From contig JAAZVW010000001.1 in the NCBI GenBank assembly GCA_018623135.1, positions 23,024 through 87,023 on the forward strand: a stretch of 64,000 nucleotides of DNA. Direction: 5' to 3'. The position numbers and the translations under genes are program-made. The notes beneath the pieces are model-generated. The model made no database searches. It was not told where the DNA came from and saw nothing but the letters and a program-made list of their open reading frames with translations. The stretch comes from Pseudomonadota bacterium (GTDB lineage Bacteria; Pseudomonadota; Alphaproteobacteria; UBA1280; JAAZVW01). Below, piece by piece: positions 56,870 to 64,000 of the stretch. Numbering within the stretch: position 1 is the stretch's first letter; each line of letters opens with the position of its first letter.

Positions 56870-57982
56870 ATGGCGTGGCAAATTAAAGTAACATCTAGCT
56901 TATTGATTGCAGCTTTTACAACAGGTTGCACAATTAAGGATTCAACTGATTTTCTTAATAATTTGTTGCCTTCTAAACCTCAGCCTATGCTTTCTAAGTC
57001 TATTCAGGCAAAAAGCTATTCAAAGCCTCGTGTAGAACGTAGCAGATTACGTACATCTGTTGCTAAAGTACCTGCGGTTACGCATAAGGTTCAGCAGGGT
57101 GAATGGCTATATAAAATTGCCAGAGACTATAACGTTACGCCATCAGAGCTTATGAAACTTAATAATATGAATCGCTCATCTCAGCTAAGTCCTGGTGATG
57201 TTATTATTATTAAACCTGCAACGGAAGTCACATCTGCTGAAAATACCAAACGTGTTTATGGGTTTACAAATCGCGTTACGTCATCAGCTTCTTCAAAATC
57301 ATTAACAGCAACGCCACAGGGTAAAAAAGAGGCTTCTTTAACACCTGTTGTTTCTAAAACAAAACAAACAGAAGAAGTTGTTACTTTTACAACACACGCT
57401 GTAAAACGTGGCGAAACACTGTATCGCATTGGTCGTCAATATAATGTATCTCCGTTTGACCTTATGGCTGCAAACGAATTTGATAAACCGCAAGATCTTA
57501 AAGCAGGTATGCGCATTCAAGTTCCAATGACACGTCGTGTGGTTAAAGGTGATGTTACAAGCCCAATTATTCGTGAAGATTTACGCCGTGCTAAGGGTAT
57601 GATATGGCCTGCAGAAGGTCGTGTTATTAGCCGTTTTGGTAAAAAAGAAAATGGTATTGAAAACACAGGTATTAATATTGCAGTAGATGAGGGGGCACCT
57701 GTTTTTGCTGTAGATGGTGGTAAGGTTATTTATGCCGATAGTGGTTTAGAAAAATACGGTAATCTTGTCCTGTTGCGTCACAAAAATGGTGTTATTACAG
57801 CTTATGCGCACGCTAGCAGGTTGCGCGTCAAGCGTGGTCAAACTGTAGCGAAAGGCCAAGTTATTGCTCTGGCAGGGCAAACAGGTAATGTGGATAAACC
57901 ACAACTTCATTTTGAAGTGCGCAGAAATGCACGTGCGATTAATCCTTTAAAGGTTTTACCTAAAAAAGGTAAACAAGGTTAA
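56870..57982 (+). CDS. LysM-domain M23 peptidase (NlpD/LytM-like)
   Basis: Lipoprotein-like signal with TGC. Two LysM repeats (HKVQQGEWLYKIARDYNV... and HAVKRGETLYRIGRQYNV...). M23 catalytic region is present (HASRLRVKRGQTVAKGQVIALAGQTGNV). Confidence 0.85.
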   Translation: MAWQIKVTSSLLIAAFTTGCTIKDSTDFLNNLLPSKPQPMLSKSIQAKSYSKPRVERSRLRTSVAKVPAVTHKVQQGEWLYKIARDYNVTPSELMKLNNMNRSSQLSPGDVIIIKPATEVTSAENTKRVYGFTNRVTSSASSKSLTATPQGKKEASLTPVVSKTKQTEEVVTFTTHAVKRGETLYRIGRQYNVSPFDLMAANEFDKPQDLKAGMRIQVPMTRRVVKGDVTSPIIREDLRRAKGMIWPAEGRVISRFGKKENGIENTGINIAVDEGAPVFAVDGGKVIYADSGLEKYGNLVLLRHKNGVITAYAHASRLRVKRGQTVAKGQVIALAGQTGNVDKPQLHFEVRRNARAINPLKVLPKKGKQG

Positions 57983-57994
57983 GTTAGTTAAATT

Positions 57995-58023
57995 AAAAGG
58001 GAGCTTAAAAGCTCCCTTTTTTA
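57995..58023. terminator. bidirectional intrinsic terminator between the M23 peptidase gene and nadK
   Basis: aaaagggagcttaaaagctccctttttt. Confidence 0.7.
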
Positions 58024-58034
58024 TATCTGTTTAT

Positions 58035-58892
58035 TTATTGAGGTGATCCCCAGCCTAACTTAGTGTTAAGCAGGTAGAAGAAAGAATGCTTATCTTGACT
58101 AAATAATCGTAAATAATTTTTAGATTTGGTTACTTTAATATGATCATCTATCTGAAGTTCTATTTGTTTTTTACCATCTAAAAAGAGTGTTGCCTTACCC
58201 TTTGTAAGGCGTAATCCAACCGTTTGTGGCGGGATAACAATTGGCTTTAGGCTTAAATTATGTGGGCAAATAGGCGAAAGAATGACAACATCTAAGCTTG
58301 GGTGTACTAATGGCCCACCAGTAGAAAGATTATACGCAGTAGAGCCTGTTGGGCTTGAAATAATAAACCCATCACCACTGCCAGATGTTACAAACTCATC
58401 TGCAACACAAAGGTTATAGCTCATCATATTATTGTCTGCACTACGGTGCATAACCGCATCGTTTAAAAAATGACCGCTTAAAATTTCTTTGCTATTACGT
58501 GTCACCACAACATCTAAATAAGGTCTTTTATGGGCTTGGATTTTGCCATCTTTTATGTTCTGAATAACAGTATCAAAATCGCTACATTCTTCCAGCTCAG
58601 TTAAAAACCCTAAATGGCCTAAATTAATGCCTATAAGCTGGGCTTCACTTGCATATATTTTATTTGCAGCAACTAAAAATGTGCCATCTCCCCCAAGTGC
58701 GAAGACTAAATCAATTTTCTCACGAATTTCTGCATCTGTTATAAAAGGAGCTGTGGTTTCAAACTCCTCTTTATGATCATCAGAAATATATGCGTTAAGT
58801 CCATGTTTGATAACTGAATTAATAAGGAGTTTTGCAGCTTTTTGGGCGCCTGTATCACCTTTTTTTAGCACGAGAGCAATATTTTGGATCAT
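58035..58892 (-). CDS. nadK: NAD kinase
   Basis: GGDGTFL motif. The protein is 285 aa. Confidence 0.9.
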   Translation of the reverse strand: MIQNIALVLKKGDTGAQKAAKLLINSVIKHGLNAYISDDHKEEFETTAPFITDAEIREKIDLVFALGGDGTFLVAANKIYASEAQLIGINLGHLGFLTELEECSDFDTVIQNIKDGKIQAHKRPYLDVVVTRNSKEILSGHFLNDAVMHRSADNNMMSYNLCVADEFVTSGSGDGFIISSPTGSTAYNLSTGGPLVHPSLDVVILSPICPHNLSLKPIVIPPQTVGLRLTKGKATLFLDGKKQIELQIDDHIKVTKSKNYLRLFSQDKHSFFYLLNTKLGWGSPQ

Positions 58893-59040
58893 CTGTTATC
58901 TCTTTTTGTTGATTAAAAAATATGCATAATTTTTAGTTTGTTTTTGCCTTTGTCTGCGCTTTATATAGACAACAATGCTCAAATAGCCTAATCTAGGGGC
59001 GCTAAAGATACAAATAAAAATTAAGGATTAGACAACAATT

Positions 59041-59424
59041 ATGTTTAGTACAACTGCATATGCTCAAGAAGTTGCACCACAAGCAGCGCAAGGTGGCGCA
59101 ACTGGCTCTTTATTTATGATGTTGGCACTTTTTGCCATCTTTTATTTTCTTGTTATTCGTCCACAAAGCAAGCGTGAACAACAACACCGTGATATGACAC
59201 AAAACCTAAACAAGGGTGATAAAATTATTACGCAAGGCGGTGTGCTTGCAACAGTTACAAAGCTTATTGATGATAAACTTATTCAGGTAGAAATTGCTGA
59301 AGGTGTTAAAGTTAAATTAGCACGTAGTTTTGTGTTTGGTTTGCAAAGTGACAAACTAGAAACTGAAGCAAAAACAAATAAAACGGATAAGAAAGAAGAA
59401 GCTAAAGAAAAGAAAGCTTCTTAA
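59041..59424 (+). CDS. yajC: preprotein translocase subunit YajC
   Basis: LFAIFYFLVIRPQSKREQQHRDMTQNLNKGDKIITQGGVLATV. Confidence 0.85.
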   Translation: MFSTTAYAQEVAPQAAQGGATGSLFMMLALFAIFYFLVIRPQSKREQQHRDMTQNLNKGDKIITQGGVLATVTKLIDDKLIQVEIAEGVKVKLARSFVFGLQSDKLETEAKTNKTDKKEEAKEKKAS

Positions 59425-59479
59425 ATTTCTGTAAGCTCACTTAACTTTTTTCAATTAAGGCAAAACAAAAGGTAACGAT

Positions 59480-61069
59480 ATGCTTAAATTCCCATTATGG
59501 AAAAAAATCGCAATTTTTTCTGTGCTTGTTTTTGGTTTAGTTAACGCTCTACCAAACGTACTTTCAGAAAAAGCCATTACAAACTTACCGTCATTTTTAC
59601 CTAAAGATAAGATCAATTTAGGTCTAGATTTGCAAGGTGGTTCTCATTTAGTGTTGGAGGTTGATGTGGATGCAGCTTTCTTACAAGCGAATGAAAACCT
59701 TGAAGATGATATCAGGAATGTATTGCGCCGTAAGGGTGAGCGTATCGGTTATCGTGGTTTAAAATCAGATAAGTCGGAAGTTTCTTTCTTAGTTACAAAT
59801 ATTGCAAACGCAGAAGAAGCTTATAAGCGTTTACGTAAAGAAATTTCGCGTGAATATTATATTGAACGTGAAAATGCTGCTTTTAAGATTTACTTAACGG
59901 ATGACGCTAAGTTAAATAAAGAGCGTTATGCGTTAGAACAAACTCTAGAAATTTTACGTTCTCGTGTGGATGAATTTGGTGTTTCTGAACCTGTGATACA
60001 ACGCCAAGGTACGCGCCGTATTATTATTGAGCTTCCGGGTGTTGAGGATGCAAGCCGTGCAAAATCTATTATAGGTCGTACAGCTATGCTTTCATTCCAC
60101 TTGGTGGATACACGTATGACAGCGGAAGAGGCGATGCGTCGCCGTGCACCAGCAGGTACAAAAATTTATTATGAACAAGTTGTGTCTGGGGATGGTCAGG
60201 TATACGAAATACCCTACTTACTGAAGCGTCGTCCAGCCCTTACTGGTGAAAACTTAAATTCAGCTTCTGCAGGTTTTGATGAATCTAACCGTCCAGCTAT
60301 TTTTATTGGTTTTGATACACGCGGTACTCGCAAGTTTGCAGACCTTACTACAAAACATGTCGGCGAACGCATGGCCATTGTGCTTGATGGTAAAGTCTAT
60401 TCAGCACCAAATCTACGTGAGCCTATTTTAGGCGGTAATGCTTCTATTACAGGTAGTTTTAGTGTGAAAGAAACAGAAGACCTCGCCGCTATTTTGCGTG
60501 CAGGTGCGCTACCAGCCCCAGTTAAAGTTATTGAAGAACGCACAATAGGTCCTTCATTAGGTGCAGATTCTGTGAATGCTGGTACAACAGCCGTGGCTTT
60601 AGGTTTTATAGCTGTGCTGGTTGTTATGGTTTTATTTTACCTAGGTTTTGGCTTAGCTGCAAATATGGCCTTGCTTGCTAATGTTGTACTTATTGTCGGT
60701 GTCATGACTGCTTTAGGCGCAACACTTACATTGCCTGGTATTGCAGGCATTGTACTTACGATTGGTATGGCGGTAGATGCAAACGTACTTATTTTTGAGC
60801 GTATTAGAGAAGAAACACGTGCAGGCCGCAAACCTACTAGAGCTTTAGAAGAAGGTTTTAAATCGGCATTTGGTACAATTCTGGATGCCAATATCACAAC
60901 GCTTATTGCAGCGGTGGTGTTATTTGCTATTGGTTCTGGTCCAATTAAAGGTTTTGCACTTACATTAAGCGTAGGTATCGCAACCTCTATTTTCACAGCG
61001 ACAATGGTAACAAGGTTTATTCTTGTTGCTTGGATAAAAACAGTTAAGCCTAAAAAACTTAAAGCTTAA
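59480..61069 (+). CDS. secD: protein translocase subunit SecD
   Basis: LGLDLQGGSHLVLEVD plus the C-terminal 6-TM bundle. The protein is 529 aa. Confidence 0.9.
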   Translation: MLKFPLWKKIAIFSVLVFGLVNALPNVLSEKAITNLPSFLPKDKINLGLDLQGGSHLVLEVDVDAAFLQANENLEDDIRNVLRRKGERIGYRGLKSDKSEVSFLVTNIANAEEAYKRLRKEISREYYIERENAAFKIYLTDDAKLNKERYALEQTLEILRSRVDEFGVSEPVIQRQGTRRIIIELPGVEDASRAKSIIGRTAMLSFHLVDTRMTAEEAMRRRAPAGTKIYYEQVVSGDGQVYEIPYLLKRRPALTGENLNSASAGFDESNRPAIFIGFDTRGTRKFADLTTKHVGERMAIVLDGKVYSAPNLREPILGGNASITGSFSVKETEDLAAILRAGALPAPVKVIEERTIGPSLGADSVNAGTTAVALGFIAVLVVMVLFYLGFGLAANMALLANVVLIVGVMTALGATLTLPGIAGIVLTIGMAVDANVLIFERIREETRAGRKPTRALEEGFKSAFGTILDANITTLIAAVVLFAIGSGPIKGFALTLSVGIATSIFTATMVTRFILVAWIKTVKPKKLKA

Positions 61070-61093
61070 ATAAAGTTAAGGAGAATATTAACC

Positions 61094-62032
61094 ATGTTAC
61101 GTCTTGTACCAACACATACAAACTTTGACTTTATTGGTAAACGCATTATGTTTGTTGGCCTATCTGTTTTTATGATTATGGCAACAGCTGTGCTTTTGGC
61201 TCTTAAAGGCTTAAATTATGGTATTGATTTTTCAGGCGGTACGCTTGTGCAACTTCAGCTACAGCAGCCAACAGAAATATCTAAAATGCGCGATGCATTA
61301 TCAGAAGCAGGTTTTAGCCCTGTTATCCAAGAATACGGTAGCCCAACCGAAGTTCTAGTAAGGCTTCCAGCTAAAGAAACAGAAGGTATGAATGATACCA
61401 TTGCACAGCAAATTAGTAATGCTGTTGCAACAGTTTCAGGCAGTGCAGAAGTGCGCCGTGTAGAATTTGTCGGCCCACAAATTGGTGAAGAGCTTAAAGA
61501 GAAAGGGCTCCTTGCAACTGTTGTTTCTCTTATCGCTATTTTGGTTTATGTAAGTGCACGATTTGAACTGCGTTTTGCTGTAGGTGCAATTGCAGCACTT
61601 GCGCATGATGTAATTATTACCGTAGGTGTTTTTTCGTTAACGCAGAAGGAAATTAGCTTACCTGTGCTTGCGGCAATTTTAACAATTATTGGTTATTCAT
61701 TAAATGATACGATTGTTGTATTTGATCGTATTCGTGAAACGATGCAAAAATATAAAAAACTTGCCTTTGCAGAAATTTTAAACTTAAGCGTAAATTCTAT
61801 GCTAAGCCGTACACTTATGACATCCCTCACAACACTTGTTGTGTTGGCTATGCTATTTATGTTTGGCGGTGAAGTTATTCATGATTTTGCTTTTGCATTA
61901 TTATTTGGTGTAATTGTAGGTACATATTCATCTATATTTGTAGCAGCACCTGTCGTGATGTGGCTTGAGGGTAAATTAAAAATTAATTTAGAAGATGATG
62001 ACGATGAGGGCTTTTCATCTATCGATGCATAA
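61094..62032 (+). CDS. secF: protein translocase subunit SecF
   Basis: INYGIDFSGGTLVQL, 6 TMs and 312 aa size. Confidence 0.9.
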   Translation: MLRLVPTHTNFDFIGKRIMFVGLSVFMIMATAVLLALKGLNYGIDFSGGTLVQLQLQQPTEISKMRDALSEAGFSPVIQEYGSPTEVLVRLPAKETEGMNDTIAQQISNAVATVSGSAEVRRVEFVGPQIGEELKEKGLLATVVSLIAILVYVSARFELRFAVGAIAALAHDVIITVGVFSLTQKEISLPVLAAILTIIGYSLNDTIVVFDRIRETMQKYKKLAFAEILNLSVNSMLSRTLMTSLTTLVVLAMLFMFGGEVIHDFAFALLFGVIVGTYSSIFVAAPVVMWLEGKLKINLEDDDDEGFSSIDA

Positions 62033-62084
62033 GTTATTATTGTTTAAATATTTTTCAGATAAGAAAAAGAAGTAAGGAAATATT

Positions 62085-62702
62085 ATGGATTATAAAGTTC
62101 AGGAACATCTAAAACCAACTCGTTTACAAGGTATTTCAGAAGCACAGATCGATGATCACTGGAACCTATACGCTGCATATGTTGTGCAAACAAATGCATT
62201 AAAAAAGGAACTAGAAGAGCTTCGTGCAGAAGGTAAAGGTGGTACACCTAATTATGCCGATCGTCGCCGTCGTTTTGGTTTTGAATTTAATGGTATGGTG
62301 CTTCACGAATACTATTTCGCTAACTTAAAACATAATGTACCAGAAACAACAGCGGCTGATTTTATTGCAGCGGTTGAAAAATCTTTTGGCTCTTTTGATG
62401 CTTGGAAAGAAGATTTTATGGCAACAGGTAAGTCTCGTGGTATTGGTTGGGCTATTTGTGCAATGGACCCTGTAACAGGTGACTTGAACAACCACTTCGT
62501 ACAATTACATGAAGATGGTAATATTGCTGGTTTTAACCCTGTTTTAGTTATGGACTGCTGGGAACACGCTTATATGGTGGACCACAAAGCAGGTGGCCGC
62601 CCTGATTACATTAACGCCTTTTTCGGTAATGTTGCTTGGGATGTTGTAAACCGTCGCTTCCGCGATGCACAATCAAAACACGCTTCTATTCGTAATATTT
62701 AG
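62085..62702 (+). CDS. Fe/Mn superoxide dismutase family protein with a divergent N-terminus
   Basis: Metal-ligand context is present: ...DDHWNLY..., ...VLHEYYF..., DCWEHAYMVDH...RPDYI. The canonical HHxKHH motif is altered. Confidence 0.65.
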   Translation: MDYKVQEHLKPTRLQGISEAQIDDHWNLYAAYVVQTNALKKELEELRAEGKGGTPNYADRRRRFGFEFNGMVLHEYYFANLKHNVPETTAADFIAAVEKSFGSFDAWKEDFMATGKSRGIGWAICAMDPVTGDLNNHFVQLHEDGNIAGFNPVLVMDCWEHAYMVDHKAGGRPDYINAFFGNVAWDVVNRRFRDAQSKHASIRNI

Positions 62703-62714
62703 TTGTGTGCTGTT

Positions 62715-62743
62715 AAAAAAGGGGCTTCAATGCCCCTTTTTTA
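62715..62743 (+). terminator. intrinsic terminator after the SOD-like gene
   Basis: aaaaaaggggcttcaatgcccctttttt. Confidence 0.7.
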
Positions 62744-62807
62744 TTGTATTAAAATATTATTATTGTTAATGTTTTTTTGAAATTAATTCCTTTTTTAGGT
62801 GAATCTT

Positions 62808-63473
62808 ATGACTGCTTATAAACCTCTCTTTATTTCTGTTGAAGGTGTTGATGGTTCAGGTAAATCAACACAAATTCGTATGTTAAATGAAAAACTTTTA
62901 AGCTTAGGTATTTCGGTTGTTTTAACACGTGAGCCTGGTGGGGTAGCGGTTGCAGAAGAAATTCGCAACCTGCTTTTAAAAGGCGATAGTGATAAGTTTG
63001 ATGCAAAATCAGAAGCGATGCTGTTTTATACAGCGCGTAATGAACATTTGCGCCAACTTATTTTACCATCATTAGAAGAAGGTAAAATTGTTCTTAGTGA
63101 CCGTTTTGCAGATAGTACGATGGCTTTTCAACATTATGGCCGTGGTTTTGATCGCAACTTTATTGATTTACTACACCAGCAAACTGTAGGCGATAATAAC
63201 CCTGACCTTACCCTTATTTTTATGATTTCTGCAGATGAAGCGCATAATCGTGCTCTTGCACGTATGTCTGCTGTGGCAGGTGCAGAAGATCGTATGGAAA
63301 AAGAAGGTGTTGAATTCCAAAAACGTATTGCCAAAGGCTTTAAAGAAATTGCTCAGCAAAACCCAGAGCGTTGCGTTATTATTAATGCAGAAGGCTCGGT
63401 AGAAGAGGTGGCAGAACGTGTCTGGTCTGTTGTTTCTAAACGTTTAGAGCTGAAAGATAGCTCAATTGCTTAA
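62808..63473 (+). CDS. tmk: thymidylate kinase
   Basis: MTAYKPLFISVEGVDGSGKSTQ P-loop, with RBS aggtga 6 nt upstream of the ATG at 62808. Confidence 0.9.
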   Translation: MTAYKPLFISVEGVDGSGKSTQIRMLNEKLLSLGISVVLTREPGGVAVAEEIRNLLLKGDSDKFDAKSEAMLFYTARNEHLRQLILPSLEEGKIVLSDRFADSTMAFQHYGRGFDRNFIDLLHQQTVGDNNPDLTLIFMISADEAHNRALARMSAVAGAEDRMEKEGVEFQKRIAKGFKEIAQQNPERCVIINAEGSVEEVAERVWSVVSKRLELKDSSIA

Positions 63474-63477
63474 TTAA

Positions 63478-63849
63478 ATTATAATCGTCGGAGCAGGTGG
63501 TGCATTAGGTGCAGTATTGCGCTACCTGCTAATGATTTCTATCGGCACATCAAGCTTCCCTTGGGCAACAATGACAGTGAACTTTATTGGTTCATTTGTA
63601 CTTGCGCTCCTTGTGGAAGCTTTTGCTTATTTTGCACCTGTATCGCAAGAAATCCGTTTGTTACTTGTAGTGGGCGTTTTAGGCTCGTTTACAACATTTT
63701 CTACGTTTAGTTTGGATAGTATTTCTTTAATTGAACGTGGCGATATAAAACAAGCCGCCTTATATATAGGCGGCTCGGTTATACTTTGCTTAACAGCTTT
63801 TTGGCTAGGTTTAAAGCTTTGTCGTTTGTTATTTAAGCAGATGCTTTAG
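63478..63849 (+). CDS. crcB: fluoride ion transporter CrcB/FluC (likely begins upstream of the listed TTG at 63517; no canonical start codon found)
   Basis: The in-frame upstream sequence IIVGAGGALGAVLRYLLMISIG...FPWATMTVNFIGSF matches the CrcB N-terminal consensus. The only in-frame codons after the preceding stop are ATT/ATA/ATC. Confidence 0.6.
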   Translation: MIIVGAGGALGAVLRYLLMISIGTSSFPWATMTVNFIGSFVLALLVEAFAYFAPVSQEIRLLLVVGVLGSFTTFSTFSLDSISLIERGDIKQAALYIGGSVILCLTAFWLGLKLCRLLFKQML

Positions 63850-64000
63850 CTTGTGCTTTTTGCCACTGTCGTTGCTTATTCTTGTCCATTTTACTTTTTA
63901 AGGCTTCTTCTAAATTTACATCACAAAGGTTTGCAAGTTCTGCTAAGTAGGTAAGTACATCTGCAAATTCATGAGCAAGAGCTTCTTCTTGTGTCGAATC
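63833..64000 (-). CDS. MazG-like nucleotide pyrophosphohydrolase, C-terminal part (gene starts beyond the window end)
   Basis: The reverse translation ...EEALAHEFADVLTYLAELANLCDVNLEEALKSKMDKNKQRQW...* has a MazG-type EExxE/helical pattern. It is convergent with crcB and overlaps its 3' end. Confidence 0.4.
   Translation of the reverse strand, partial: DSTQEEALAHEFADVLTYLAELANLCDVNLEEALKSKMDKNKQRQWQKAQAKASA

Noticed and set aside
1-64000. CRISPR arrays, rRNA genes, IS elements and large direct repeats
   Set aside because: No regularly spaced repeats, transposase-like ORFs or rRNA-like stretches were seen on manual inspection.

Overview
AT-rich bacterial chromosomal window with alphaproteobacterial-type synteny (tkt-gap-pgk-fba; zauP-zapA-ygfA; erpA-dgt-[argS]-SPOR-nagZ; tatABC-serS-pcm-nlpD; yajC-secDF). 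Start of window: a type II secretion operon on the minus strand (gspK partial, J, H, G, F, E, D). The GspD secretin carries a long C-terminal extension that ends in an OmpA-like peptidoglycan-binding domain. Next come efp, an inositol-monophosphatase-like gene, a DUF4154-like/TonB-dependent receptor/MCP operon, central-carbon genes, a TolC/rhodanese/Pcm-like cluster, and a tRNA-Cys plus tRNA-Asn tandem. Between tRNA-Asn (26.25 kb) and tRNA-Ser (43.6 kb) lies an accessory segment. It holds a second MCP, a few small genes, and a roughly 13 kb podovirus-like structural and lysis module: terS, terL, portal, scaffold, capsid, tail, tail fibre with collar domain, tail-fibre assembly, holin and endolysin. 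No integrase, replication or repressor genes are visible. Two copies of a conserved sigma70-like promoter followed immediately by an intrinsic-terminator hairpin precede this module, next to a sigma-region-4-like putative late regulator. This points to antitermination- or activator-controlled expression of a defective or domesticated phage-like element. Downstream are a hybrid histidine kinase, a truncated ArgS-like remnant, Tat and Sec components, and housekeeping genes. No CRISPR array, rRNA or obvious IS element was seen. All calls come from reading the six-frame translations and the DNA by eye; no searches were run.
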